A stretch of 64,000 bases of DNA from Methylococcales bacterium (GCA_003584875.1 QVQD01000200.1:824-64823), one strand, 5' to 3'; shown: positions 7,108-16,902, numbered from the stretch's first letter. The notes: generated by a model not told the origin, from the sequence alone. Numbers and translations are program-made.

Positions 7108-7219
7108 CCGTAGGAATAGGTCGCGACCTGTACCTACATTACGATTGGCCTCCAGCTTTAGATCGACATCTACTTATTCATAGCCACAGCAGGCTATTTC
7201 CTGAAAGTTTTAGGGAGGT

Positions 7220-8050
7220 CTAATTAGATGGGTCTTCATAAAAAGATCCTTGCACAAGATTAAAGCCGGTGCTTTCTGCTAGTTTTGCATCGCTATCTTG
7301 ATCAATCTGCAATAGGATGCTTTGTCCTCCGTCTATTTCAATTCGTGCATTTAAATCACGTAATTTTTTAGCTAAAGTTTCATCGCTTTGTTGATGAAGC
7401 GATTTAGCCGATAAGCTAACATAATAGGGTGATAGCTGGGTAATAAGATCAAACGATTGTTTATCCTGTGCGACATAATCAAACTTGAGCGCAATTTTAT
7501 AACCACGAATCCGGTAATTTAGGAGTCCAGCAATGAGGGCAGGATAGTGTTTGGCATAAGGACTACTGACAGTCATAGTAATGACGATGTTTTTGGTTTC
7601 TAAGCCGCAATGGTTGATCACTTCTTCAAAATAAGCGCCGTGATCTTTTTTAATGCCGAGTATGTGGCGTGGATCAACTTCAAGAAATAATGAGTTCTGT
7701 AAATGTGTTAGAGGTAAATAATTAAGCATGTGCGTAGTGCGAGATAAGCGATCAAAATCAATAATTGATTCGAAATTATTATCTTGATGAGCTCGATGAC
7801 TTAGTAAGTTTTCTATCTCGTCTGAATACAGGTATTGAACTTCATGAGTTGATACCTTGAGTTTGGCAGCATGGCCGATAATTTCATTAGGCTTTTGAGC
7901 AAGGCGTATGGGTAAAAAGAGACTGCTGATTTTGATTTGTCCAAAGAGAGTGCTGATCACTTGATTTTCTAGTAGAAAAGGGCGAAAACTCGAGTGATGT
8001 TCCTGTCCAAAGCGGTCGTTAAAATAATCAGCTAAATTTTGTAAGGGCAT
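7220..8050 (-). CDS. Stand-alone degenerate EAL-like domain protein (catalytic motifs lost)
   Basis: Colinear with EAL landmarks but diverged at each one. LPI..IIGHAAKL stands for QPI..GxEALxR, LFLEV for the VN.S strand, ITMTV for ExTE, GYKIALKFDY for G..ALDDFG, and a C-terminal FNLVQGSFYEDP for QGYxFxxP. Confidence 0.5.
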   Translation of the reverse strand: MPLQNLADYFNDRFGQEHHSSFRPFLLENQVISTLFGQIKISSLFLPIRLAQKPNEIIGHAAKLKVSTHEVQYLYSDEIENLLSHRAHQDNNFESIIDFDRLSRTTHMLNYLPLTHLQNSLFLEVDPRHILGIKKDHGAYFEEVINHCGLETKNIVITMTVSSPYAKHYPALIAGLLNYRIRGYKIALKFDYVAQDKQSFDLITQLSPYYVSLSAKSLHQQSDETLAKKLRDLNARIEIDGGQSILLQIDQDSDAKLAESTGFNLVQGSFYEDPSN

Positions 8051-8145
8051 AGCTTTTTCCTTATAGTTGTTAGAGGCTGCTGTAGAAAGCTAATTGTGTG
8101 ATATGCCTGTTAGAGTGGGTATTTAAATTGCAGTGTTTCCTGTAT

Positions 8146-8168
8146 AAAAAAAGCGGGCCTAAGCCCGC
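8146..8168 (-). terminator. Minus-strand rho-independent terminator (GCGGGC-TTAG-GCCCGC + T7)
   Basis: The plus strand reads aaaaaaagcgggcctaagcccgc. On the minus strand the hairpin is followed by the T run. No annotated minus-strand gene ends here. Confidence 0.55.
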
Positions 8169-8405
8169 ACAAAAGCATTCCCTGTTTATAGGAGAGACAC
8201 ATGAAGACACACTCAATGCAAATACTATGGCTGGTATTTGCTGGGCTTGGATATAGCTTAAGGGTATAGTTTGTTTTAATAAAACGGTATTATTCGAGAA
8301 TATTATCTAATAAGTAGATATTTGTGCTGTGGGAACGATATCAACTACGTAGGGGCGTATGCAAGAAGTCCCTACGACCCAAGCATTTTTGCGTGTAAAT
8401 GACAT

Positions 8406-8521
8406 GTAGCCCGCAATAAGACTTTGGGGCGGAAGCAAGTAAAGCGTTTCTGGCATAGGTGTTGCGCTTGGGTTGGATACGCCATCACACGCTGCGCTAG
8501 CATGGTCTTATTCCGACCTAC
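8406..8521. repeat. Composite REP/MITE-like element of the GAAACGCTTTACT..CTTATTCCGGCCTAC family
   Basis: The reverse complement of 8406-8490 aligns with 52609-52713 apart from a 30-bp indel. The ends gtagcccgcaataagac / gtcttattccgacctac are inverted repeats. Confidence 0.6.
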
Positions 8522-8637
8522 AAAGGATATTTATGTTAACGTTTTTAAAATTGACAGCTAATCATTCTAAAATGGTATTATTTACATCTTATAGACCTAT
8601 CACTATTTAATGTATTCCCCCTCATTGATCGATCATC

Positions 8638-8790
8638 ATGTCATTTAAATTCTCTAAATTAGCGTTGTTAACGACTTGCTTATTATTAATAGCTTGTGGA
8701 CAGCCGGGTCCTTTATATATGCCAGATAAACCTGCGCCTATTTATGTGCCTCCTGAGCCGCAATCACCACCGACTGATAAAAATAAATAA
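8638..8790 (+). CDS. lptM: Small lipoprotein LptM (YifL family), 50 aa; below the ORF-track size cutoff
   Basis: Translation is MSFKFSKLALLTTCLLLIACGQPGPLYMPDKPAPIYVPPEP.., with a lipobox LIAC followed by the GPLY.P motif. It occupies the conserved position directly upstream of lysA-dapF-yigA-xerC. Confidence 0.65.
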   Translation: MSFKFSKLALLTTCLLLIACGQPGPLYMPDKPAPIYVPPEPQSPPTDKNK

Positions 8791-8792
8791 AT

Positions 8793-10041
8793 ATGGATTT
8801 TTTTAATTACCGCAACAACGAGCTTTATGCCGAAGATGTGGCTGTGCAAGACATTTGTACTCAATATGGCAGCCCTTGTTATATCTATTCAAGAGCCACC
8901 TTGGAGCGACATTGGTTAGCTTTTGATCGGGCTTTTACGGGTCATGCTCATTTGATTTGTTATGCCGTAAAAGCCAATTCAAATATTGCGCTGCTTAATG
9001 TTTTAGCTCGCTTAGGTTCTGGCTTTGATATCGTTTCTTTAGGTGAGTTACAGCGAGTACTAGCTGCAGGTGGCGACCCTAAGAAAATTGTATTTTCTGG
9101 GGTAGGTAAGCGTGAAGATGAGATTTTAGCAGCCTTAAAAATAGGCATACGTTGCTTTAATGTAGAAGTGATCGATGAACTGGATAGAATCAATAGACTC
9201 GCTGGTGAGCTGGGTGTGATTGCTCCGGTTTCTTTTCGAGTGAATCCAGATGTCGATGCCAATACCCATCCTTATATTTCTACCGGCTTAAAGGAAAATA
9301 AATTTGGTATCGATATTACCCTAGCATTGGCTGAATATAAACGCGCTACACAGATGTCGAATATTGAGGTGGTCGGTATCGATTGTCATATTGGTTCTCA
9401 ATTGACAGAAACACGACCCTTTTTAGATGCCTTGGATAAAGTGCTTGATTTAGTCTCTGCACTAAAAGCTGAGGGTATAGACTTAAAGCATTTGGATTTG
9501 GGGGGGTGGCTTAGGTATTCGTTATAACGACGAGCAGCCGCCGGAGCCTGCTGATTATATTGCTGCGGTTTTAGAACGCTTGGGCGAGACTGATTTTGAG
9601 ATTTTATTGGAGCCAGGACGTGCAATTGTCGGTAATGCCGGTATTTTAGTAACCCAAGTTGAATATCTAAAACCTACCGAGCATAAGAACTTTGCTATTG
9701 TTGATGCGGCTATGAATGATCTGGTTCGTCCCTCATTATATAGTGCATGGCAGGCGATTATTCCAGTTAAGCTTGAAAGTGATGCTCCTGAGTTGCAATG
9801 GGATATTGTTGGCCCAGTTTGTGAAACCGGTGATTTCCTAGGTAAGAATCGTGCTCTTAAGTTGGCAGTTGGCGATTTGTTGGCGATACGCTCATCGGGT
9901 GCTTATGGCTTTTCTATGAGCTCTAATTATAACTCTAGACCTAGAGTGCCTGAACTTATGGTTGATGGTGATCAGACCTATTTAATCAGAGAAAGAGAAA
10001 GCATTGAGCAACTTTGGTCTGGTGAGCATTTATTGCCATGA
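8793..10041 (+). pseudogene. lysA: Diaminopimelate decarboxylase LysA, reading frame broken by one extra G in a G7 run (9500-9506); possibly a homopolymer sequencing error
   Basis: ORFs 8793-9527 and 9580-10041 are the N- and C-terminal parts of one LysA (YAVKANS PLP site; EPGRAIVGNAG; CETGD). With six Gs the text reads DLGGGLGIRYNDEQPPEPADYIAAVLERLGETDFEILLEPGRA, which joins the two parts. Confidence 0.9.
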
Positions 10042-10865
10042 TACATTTCACTAAAATGCAGGGCTTGGGCAATGATTTTGTGGTGATAGATGCCATTAAT
10101 CAAGTCATTAATTTAAGTGCTGAACAAATTCGTTTTATGGCTGACAGGCATTTTGGTATTGGCTTTGATCAGCTTTTGCTGGTTGAAAAACCAGTTAGTG
10201 CAAATGCTGCTTTCAAATATAGAATTTTTAATGCCGATGGTAGTGAAGTTTCTCAATGTGGCAATGGTGCAAGATGCTTTGCTAGATTCGTTCGCGATAA
10301 AGACTTATCAGATCAAAATGATATTTGCGTGGATACCAATGCCGGTCAATTGATTTTGAGCTTTACTGACGATGATTTAATTACTGTCAATATGGGGGTT
10401 CCTAAGCATTTACCTTCAGAAATTCCGTTGCTTTTTGCACACGAAGCTTTGAATTATGAAGTGACTATTAATGGTGTTAAGCATGTTTTTGCTGCAGTTT
10501 CAATGGGTAATCCTCATGCAGTGTTAGTGGTTGATGATGTAAGCAATACGCCAGTGGCTGAGTGGGGTAGGGCATTAGAAAGTCATGAATTATTTCCAGA
10601 GCGTGCAAATATAGGCTTTATGCAAGTCATTGATCGTCAGCATATAAAATTGCGCGTCTATGAGCGAGGAGCAGCTGAAACGCTGGCTTGCGGTAGCGGT
10701 GCTTGTGGCGCTGTAGTCATAGGTGTTTTACAAAATTGTCTAGACCCAGAGGTTAATGTTGAATTGCCTGGTGGTCAGTTAGTTATCAATTGGGCAGGGC
10801 GAGGTGAGGCCGTATTAATGACTGGATCAGCGAGCTCTGTTTTTGATGGAATTATTGATTTATGA
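10038..10865 (+). CDS. dapF: Diaminopimelate epimerase
   Basis: Contains MQGLGNDFVVID and two catalytic Cys contexts (SQCGNGARC, ACGSGACG). There is an ATGA overlap with lysA. Confidence 0.95.
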   Translation: MIHFTKMQGLGNDFVVIDAINQVINLSAEQIRFMADRHFGIGFDQLLLVEKPVSANAAFKYRIFNADGSEVSQCGNGARCFARFVRDKDLSDQNDICVDTNAGQLILSFTDDDLITVNMGVPKHLPSEIPLLFAHEALNYEVTINGVKHVFAAVSMGNPHAVLVVDDVSNTPVAEWGRALESHELFPERANIGFMQVIDRQHIKLRVYERGAAETLACGSGACGAVVIGVLQNCLDPEVNVELPGGQLVINWAGRGEAVLMTGSASSVFDGIIDL

Positions 10866-11554
10866 GTAAGAAAAGTACCCAAGTAAGTGCAGATCAAGTC
10901 GCAGAATACTTACAACAATATCCCGATTTTTTCCATGAGCATTTAAATCTATTAGAAGATTTGAATATTCCTCATCCGAGTGGCACAGCAACTTCTTTAA
11001 TACTCAAGCAAGTTGAGTTACTAAGGACTAAGCATCAAGATTTAGAATATCAACTCAATGAATTATTAGAGATTGCAAGAAATAACGATGCTTCTTTTAT
11101 TCGTATGCACAAGCTAACATTGGCTTTGCTTGAGGCATCAACACTTGCAGAGGTCGTCACTAATCTTAATATTGTTATGGCAGAATATTTTCTAACTGAT
11201 TTTGTGGCTGTACGTATAGTTAAAGAGGTTACTAATCCAAGTATTAGTAATTTGTTTATAGAACCAAACAGTGAGAATTTAAAACCTTTTTTAAAGGTAT
11301 TGGCTAGCAATCAACCTAAATGTGGTCGGGCTACTTTAGCTCAAGCTAAAGTTTTGTTTGGTGATGCGGCAACTGAAGTAAAGTCTTGTGCCATCATCCC
11401 GATGAACTTTACGGAACTTGATGGTATTTTGGCGATTGGCAGTCGAAATGAAGATAGGTTTCATCATAGTATGGGGAATTTGTTTTTAACACAGATGAGT
11501 GAAATTATAGGTACTCGATTTATTGCTCTGTTAAATAAAGCGAATGTTGGCTGA
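10862..11554 (+). CDS. yigA: DUF484 (YigA) family protein
   Basis: N-terminal VAEYLQQYPDFF. It occupies the conserved dapF-yigA-xerC position. Confidence 0.8.
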   Translation: MSKKSTQVSADQVAEYLQQYPDFFHEHLNLLEDLNIPHPSGTATSLILKQVELLRTKHQDLEYQLNELLEIARNNDASFIRMHKLTLALLEASTLAEVVTNLNIVMAEYFLTDFVAVRIVKEVTNPSISNLFIEPNSENLKPFLKVLASNQPKCGRATLAQAKVLFGDAATEVKSCAIIPMNFTELDGILAIGSRNEDRFHHSMGNLFLTQMSEIIGTRFIALLNKANVG

Positions 11555-12449
11555 TCAGGAGTCGTTGTTAGTCAATTTTTTAGAGCAATTGACAGTAGAA
11601 AAACGCTCTTCTAGCCATACGGTTGCAAATTATCAAAGAGACATTCGCCGTTTACAAAATTTTTGTAGCAGTAAAGCTATAGAGCAATGGTCGGCAGTTA
11701 CGCAGAATGATATTAGGTCTCATATAGCCAGTAGGCATCGACAAGGTATAGGCAGTAGTAGTCTGCAAAGAGAGTTGTCAGCCATACGCAGTTTTTATGG
11801 TTATTTGTTGAAACAAAGATGTGCAGAGATTAATCCAGCTCAATATGTAAAAGCCCCTAAACAAATCAAGAAATTACCTAAAACAATGGATGTTGATCAA
11901 GTTAAAGGCTTGTTAGAGGCAGGAAGTAGTTCAATACTTGAAGTGAGAGATTTGGCTATGTTTGAGCTGTTTTACTCGTCAGGTCTGCGCTTAAGTGAAT
12001 TGGCGGCTCTTAATGTTGAAGATGTTGATTTGCAAGATCAATCTTTAGTAGTCCGTTCAGGGAAAGGTGGAAAGTCAAGATTATTACCTGTAGGAACCAA
12101 AGCAATAGGAGCCATTAATCTTTGGTTGCAACAACGAATAAAATCAGCCACTACTGAGTCGGCTTTATTTATAACGTCGACAGGAAAACGTCTTGGTCAA
12201 CGAAGTATCGAGTTGCGCTTAGAGTTGTGGTGCAAGAAAAAAGGCATTGCAGAGCACATTCATCCCCATATGCTTAGGCATTCTTTTGCTAGTCATTTGC
12301 TTGAGGCGAGTCAGGATTTAAGGGCTGTGCAGGAGTTGCTTGGACATAGTAATATTTCGACAACACAGATATATACCCATCTTGATTTCCAGCATTTAGC
12401 TGAGGTCTACGATAATGCCCATCCACGAGCAAAAAAAAAACCAGAATAG
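11544..12449 (+). CDS. xerC: Tyrosine recombinase XerC
   Basis: Contains SSGLRLSEL, HMLRHSFASHLL and LLGHSNISTTQIYTHL, plus synteny. There is an A10 run at 12431-12440 in the last codons. Confidence 0.9.
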   Translation: MLADQESLLVNFLEQLTVEKRSSSHTVANYQRDIRRLQNFCSSKAIEQWSAVTQNDIRSHIASRHRQGIGSSSLQRELSAIRSFYGYLLKQRCAEINPAQYVKAPKQIKKLPKTMDVDQVKGLLEAGSSSILEVRDLAMFELFYSSGLRLSELAALNVEDVDLQDQSLVVRSGKGGKSRLLPVGTKAIGAINLWLQQRIKSATTESALFITSTGKRLGQRSIELRLELWCKKKGIAEHIHPHMLRHSFASHLLEASQDLRAVQELLGHSNISTTQIYTHLDFQHLAEVYDNAHPRAKKKPE

Positions 12450-12557
12450 CATTGCCTTGTTAGGCAAAAACATTAAAAATCTGCTAACATGTCACCTATT
12501 TTTTATATAAAAGTAGTCTGTTTTTATCAGAGATAACCTTAATACAGGATAGCGGAA

Positions 12558-13685
12558 ATGGCAGCAAGCGATACATTGGATGAAGGAAAATCTAAAGGGA
12601 TACTTTGGGGCTTTGGTATGCTTACCTTGGTGGTTCTCATTGTGCTTCTAATATTGGGTGCTTGGTGGGGTAGTGAACCTGGTCAGTTTAATATATTAGA
12701 AGAGGCTCACAAACGATCAGAAGAATCAAAATTAGAAAGTGAACATGGTGGTCATGGCGGTGGTCATGGCTCTGCACCTGCGGAAGAAGCACATAAGTCA
12801 GCAGAAGAGGGGCATAAGCCTGCCGAAGAGCTTGATATTTCTGAGATGCCTATCGGTTATGTCTATACGAACACCTTGGCTCATATCGCCGAGGTTCTTT
12901 TGCATAAGAGTGGCGGTTATATTACTAATGACGTTGCACCTCCTGGTGTATTTCTAGATAACATATCAAATTGGGAATATGGTGCTTTGGTTATGTTGCG
13001 CGATGCGACAACTGCACTTAGAAACCACTTTGCTAGGGATCAATCACAATCAGCAGAAGATCCTGATTTAGCAATTGCAGAGCCTTATTTTTATTATGAA
13101 CATAATTCCTGGGCTTTACCGTCAACCGAAGCTGAATATCAAAAAGGTATAGAGGCTTTACATAAATATATGACGCGTTTGCAAAAATATGGTGGCCCTG
13201 TTAAAAAAGCTCAGTTTTATTCTAGGGCTGATAATTTATGGCAGTACACCGAGGTCGTTATTAAGCGTTTAGGTGGATTATCTACTCGTTTAACGGCTAA
13301 TAGTGCGGGTGGAAATTATGGCCCAGGGCTTTCTGATATTGAGAAATTAGCCGCTGATGAAAAAGGTACGCCCATTACTAAAGTATCTTGGCTAGAGATA
13401 GACGATATTTTCTATGAAGCTCGTGGAGCTAGTTGGGCTTTATTGCATATACTCAGGGCGATTAAACACGATTTCGCCGATATTTTGTTAGATAAACGTG
13501 CTATGCGTACCGTTGATATTATGATTAAGGCGATGGAAAATGCTTTGACGCCAATTTTAAGCCCGATGATTTTAGATGGTAGTGGTTATGGTTTATTTGC
13601 TAACTATTCATTAACTATGGCAAATTATATATCTAGGGCTAATGCTGCAGCACTCGATTTACGTGACATTATGAATAGGGGTTAA
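12558..13685 (+). CDS. Membrane-anchored conserved hypothetical protein (possibly DUF2333 family) with a His/Gly-rich insert
   Basis: It has an N-terminal TM helix, then SEHGGHGGGHGSAPAEEAHKSAEEGHKPAEE. The PPGVFLDNISNWEYGALVMLRD segment resembles what I recall of DUF2333. The family assignment is unverified. Confidence 0.45.
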   Translation: MAASDTLDEGKSKGILWGFGMLTLVVLIVLLILGAWWGSEPGQFNILEEAHKRSEESKLESEHGGHGGGHGSAPAEEAHKSAEEGHKPAEELDISEMPIGYVYTNTLAHIAEVLLHKSGGYITNDVAPPGVFLDNISNWEYGALVMLRDATTALRNHFARDQSQSAEDPDLAIAEPYFYYEHNSWALPSTEAEYQKGIEALHKYMTRLQKYGGPVKKAQFYSRADNLWQYTEVVIKRLGGLSTRLTANSAGGNYGPGLSDIEKLAADEKGTPITKVSWLEIDDIFYEARGASWALLHILRAIKHDFADILLDKRAMRTVDIMIKAMENALTPILSPMILDGSGYGLFANYSLTMANYISRANAAALDLRDIMNRG

Positions 13686-13991
13686 GTGTTGATGGATGAG
13701 CAAATTAATTATAATTTGACGCAGTTGGGTACTTGGAAGCGAATTTTCTTTATGCTTATTTTTACTGCTATTGGTTCATTGGTCAGGATGACACTGTGGT
13801 TTGTGATTCTATTGCAGGTCGCTTCCACTTTATTAACAGGTAAAACAAATCCCAATATTTTAAACTTTGGTCGTAGTCTATCTGTTTATACCTATCATAT
13901 ATTACTGTTTTTGACCTTCAATACCGAGACGAAACCATTTCCTTTTTCTGATTGGAATATGACTGCTGAATTGCAATTACCTAAAGAGTAG
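13686..13991 (+). CDS. Small 2-3 TM membrane protein, abutting the upstream gene (likely start ATG 13692)
   Basis: The ORF begins directly after the upstream stop. It has hydrophobic segments FFMLIFTAIGSLV and LWFVILLQVASTLL. Confidence 0.5.
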   Translation: MLMDEQINYNLTQLGTWKRIFFMLIFTAIGSLVRMTLWFVILLQVASTLLTGKTNPNILNFGRSLSVYTYHILLFLTFNTETKPFPFSDWNMTAELQLPKE

Positions 13992-13998
13992 TTGTTGC

Positions 13999-14078
13999 CA
14001 CCGTAGGGGCGTATTGCATACGCCCTTATAAAAGTAGGGGCGTATTGCATACGCCCTTATAAAATAAGCTCTATTACA
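13999..14078. repeat. Rearranged fragment of the 201-bp MITE (two direct GTAGGGGCGTATTGCATACGCCC REPs plus part of the central region)
   Basis: The sequence caccgtaggggcgtattgcatacgcccttataaaa gtaggggcgtattgcatacgcccttataaaataagctctat matches the MITE's interior. Confidence 0.6.
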
Positions 14079-14161
14079 TTAACTTTCCTAAATGGGTTTA
14101 GCTTATTTGCCACTGAAGATAAATTTCTTTTCCCCAGTCTGTAACTTAAAAGCGGGGATAT

Positions 14162-14194
14162 TAGGATGCGCTTCACTTTCTTCAGCGCATCCTA
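14162..14194 (-). terminator. Hairpin repeat TAGGATGCGCT-N11-AGCGCATCCTA downstream of lipA (second copy at 28688-28721)
   Basis: An 11-bp stem 14 nt after the lipA stop. The same element follows gatB on the other strand. Confidence 0.5.
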
Positions 14195-14207
14195 TTCTAA
14201 TCTTAGT

Positions 14208-15164
14208 TTAAATAATCGTTTGAGCCTGTAGGTCGGCATGGTAAGACGATCTAACCATGGGTGCGCTAGCAACTTGCTTAAAGCCTAATTGTTTTGCTAC
14301 CACGGCATAGTCATCAAATTGTTCTGGAGTAATATAGCTCAATACCGGTAAATGCGACTTAGTGGGTTGAAGATATTGACCTAAAGTAAGCATTGAACAA
14401 CCATTTGCTATTAAGTCTCTCATGACTTGATGCACTTCTTCTTGCTCTTCACCAACACCCAGCATGAGGCCTGATTTTGTTGGAATATTGGGTTGGGCAA
14501 TACTGTATTTTCGTAACAAATCTAAGGAACCATGATAATCAGCACCTGGACGGACTTGTTTATAAAGTCTAGGCACCGTTTCTAAGTTATGGTTAAAAAC
14601 ATCACAAGGTTGTTCCGCGAGTATTGCTATCGCTTTATCGATACGGCCTCGAAAATCAGGTACTAAGATTTCAATTTTGGTGGAGGGGGTTTGTAGGCGT
14701 ATTTTCTTGATGCAATCTGCGAAATGTCCTGCACCACCATCTCTTAAGTCATCACGATCGACGGAAGTAATCACTACATATTTTAAGGCCATGGCTTTAA
14801 TCGCATCAGCTAGGCTTTGTGGTTCATTGGCGTCCAGTGCTAATGGTTTGCCATGTGCTACATCACAAAAAGGGCAGCGGCGGGTACATAAGTCGCCCAT
14901 AATCATAAAGGTGGCTGTGCCGTGTTGAAAACATTCGCTAAGATTAGGACAGGCCGCTTCTTCACAAACGGTATGTAGTTTGTGTTCGCGTAATAGTTCT
15001 TTGATTTTTGTAACTTCATTGCTGGCAGATAACTTGACTCGTATCCACTCGGGTTTTCTCAAAACGTTATCAGACGGCTCAACTTTTATGGGTATACGAG
15101 CTAGTTTTTCTGCGCTACGTTGATGAGATTCTGGTGTTGAGCGGGAAGGGGCTTGTATGGTCAT
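14208..15164 (-). CDS. lipA: Lipoyl synthase
   Basis: Contains [13 protein letters not shown] and the radical-SAM motif [10 protein letters not shown]. Confidence 0.95.
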   Translation of the reverse strand: MTIQAPSRSTPESHQRSAEKLARIPIKVEPSDNVLRKPEWIRVKLSASNEVTKIKELLREHKLHTVCEEAACPNLSECFQHGTATFMIMGDLCTRRCPFCDVAHGKPLALDANEPQSLADAIKAMALKYVVITSVDRDDLRDGGAGHFADCIKKIRLQTPSTKIEILVPDFRGRIDKAIAILAEQPCDVFNHNLETVPRLYKQVRPGADYHGSLDLLRKYSIAQPNIPTKSGLMLGVGEEQEEVHQVMRDLIANGCSMLTLGQYLQPTKSHLPVLSYITPEQFDDYAVVAKQLGFKQVASAPMVRSSYHADLQAQTII

Positions 15165-15763
15165 TTTGATAATGTCGATGTAATGGTGCTGACTAGGGAA
15201 TTTGCAAGTAGATCAGTGCCAATATTAACACCTAAGTCAGAGATTTGTGTGACTTTAAGGTCAGAATAGCCGCAGGTGTTGATATGGTCAAAGGGTTTTA
15301 AGTCCATGTTGTTGTTTAAACTAAGGCCATGATAGCTGCAGTTTTTTTTAATTCTTAAACCAATGGAGCCAATCTTTTTCCCTTCAACATAAACACCTGG
15401 AGCATCAATTTTGGCATTAGCAGAAATACCCAATTCTGCTAGTGTGTTAATCATAGAGCATTCTAATAAGCTGACAAGTTCACGTATATTGAGTTCTAGG
15501 CGCTTTATATCAAATAAAGTATAGATGACTAATTGACCTGGGCCATGATACGTAACTTGCCCACCCCGATCTGATTGAATGACTGGAATATTGCCAACAT
15601 TGAGTAGGTGTTCAGTTTTACCATTTAAACCCAAGGTGTAAACAGGATTGTGTTCTACGATCCAAAGCTGGTCTGAATAATCGCTACAGCGCTCTTCGGT
15701 ATAACGCTGCATATTTTGCCAAGTGGTGGTGTAATCCTGCAACCCTAGGTCACTTATTATCAT
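15161..15763 (-). CDS. lipB: Octanoyltransferase
   Basis: Contains [15 protein letters not shown]. It overlaps lipA by 4 nt. Confidence 0.9.
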   Translation of the reverse strand: MIISDLGLQDYTTTWQNMQRYTEERCSDYSDQLWIVEHNPVYTLGLNGKTEHLLNVGNIPVIQSDRGGQVTYHGPGQLVIYTLFDIKRLELNIRELVSLLECSMINTLAELGISANAKIDAPGVYVEGKKIGSIGLRIKKNCSYHGLSLNNNMDLKPFDHINTCGYSDLKVTQISDLGVNIGTDLLANSLVSTITSTLSK

Positions 15764-15799
15764 GAGCGAATGGACTAGGTATTAAATTAAGCTTACTTA

Positions 15800-16063
15800 T
15801 TACAGAGCCATTAATACATGAGGGTGATCGGTTAAATCTTGGTATATAGCATCTAACTGTTGTTTGCTGTTAGCTTCAATGATCACCGTAATTGCCATGA
15901 AATTACCATCTTTGCTAGGGCGAGAATTCACAGAATCTGCAGTAATTTCTGGAGCGTGGCGCCGAACAATATCTATTACGATTAAATCAAGTTCAGCATC
16001 TGATTTGCCCATGGCTTTAATGGGGAATGGGCAGGGGAATTCAAAAAGCGTTTCTTCAGTCAT
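15800..16063 (-). CDS. ybeD: YbeD (DUF493) family protein
   Basis: 87 aa with FPCPFPIKAMG. It occupies the conserved position between dacA and lipB. Confidence 0.85.
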   Translation of the reverse strand: MTEETLFEFPCPFPIKAMGKSDAELDLIVIDIVRRHAPEITADSVNSRPSKDGNFMAITVIIEANSKQQLDAIYQDLTDHPHVLMAL

Positions 16064-16902
16064 AGTAGAGATTTTTTATAAGCTTGAAATAAATGATTGA
16101 CTATATGCCATACGGAACCTGGCTTGCCATCACCTACTAGTTTAGAGTCTAGCTCTACCACAGGGATTATTTCACGTGTCGAGCTAGTCACCCAAATTTC
16201 ACTCGCTGTCTGAATAGCCGCGAAAGAAATGTTATCTTCTCTACAAGGGATGTCATTTTTTCTAGCGATGTCTAATATCACGTCTCGAGTGATGCCGGGT
16301 AAAATGCTATTGCTTTTGGCTGGGGTAATAAGGACATCATCAATCACTGCGAATACGTTACTTGCTGCACCTTCAACCACATAACCGTCTTTTACCAATA
16401 AGGCTTCTGCACATCCATTGTCTATCGCTTCTTGTCGGTGCAAAATATTGCCAAGTAGGGTAATGGCTTTGATATTGCAAAATTGCCAGCGACTATCATC
16501 TAAACTGATAGCTTTAACGCCATGATTCAAGCCTGCAAAGGGGATAATATTTGAGCACATGGCAAAAACAGTTGCCTCTATGTTTTCAGGGAAAGCATGA
16601 TCTCTTTTTGTTGCAACGCCACGAGTAACTTGCAAGTAAATATATTGATCGAATTGCGGATTTAATAGTGGAATTAGAATTTCTAACCATTGCTCGCGAC
16701 TATGTGGATTAGCGAGTCTTATCCCGTCTAAGCTATTTTCTAGACGTTGTAAATGATCTTGGAAATGAAATAAATGTCCAGAATAAGCTGGTATGACTTC
16801 ATAAACGCCATCACCAAATAAAAATCCACGATCTAAAACTGAAACTTTTGCTTCATTCAGTGGGATATAATCACCGTTTAAATAAACTATCTTATTTTCC
16901 AT
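16060..16902 (-). CDS. Class IV aminotransferase, D-amino-acid aminotransferase-like
   Basis: Contains VSVLDRGFLFGDGVYEVIP and GITRDVILD. The size is 280 aa. Confidence 0.75.
   Translation of the reverse strand: MENKIVYLNGDYIPLNEAKVSVLDRGFLFGDGVYEVIPAYSGHLFHFQDHLQRLENSLDGIRLANPHSREQWLEILIPLLNPQFDQYIYLQVTRGVATKRDHAFPENIEATVFAMCSNIIPFAGLNHGVKAISLDDSRWQFCNIKAITLLGNILHRQEAIDNGCAEALLVKDGYVVEGAASNVFAVIDDVLITPAKSNSILPGITRDVILDIARKNDIPCREDNISFAAIQTASEIWVTSSTREIIPVVELDSKLVGDGKPGSVWHIVNHLFQAYKKSLL

Noticed and set aside
6869-7223. ORFs 6869-7054(-) and 7026-7223(+), and also 45111-45320(+)
   Set aside because: They lie inside copies of the 201-bp MITE-like repeat. The same pseudo-protein recurs wherever the repeat does.
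8793-10041. Treating 8793-9527 and 9580-10041 as two separate genes
   Set aside because: They are the two halves of one LysA, rejoined by deleting one G from the G7 run. The 9398-9625(-) and 8960-9262(-) ORFs are antisense artefacts.
12431-12440. A10 run at the end of xerC as a phase-variation tract
   Set aside because: It affects only the last ~5 codons after the catalytic Tyr, so a slip would have little functional consequence.
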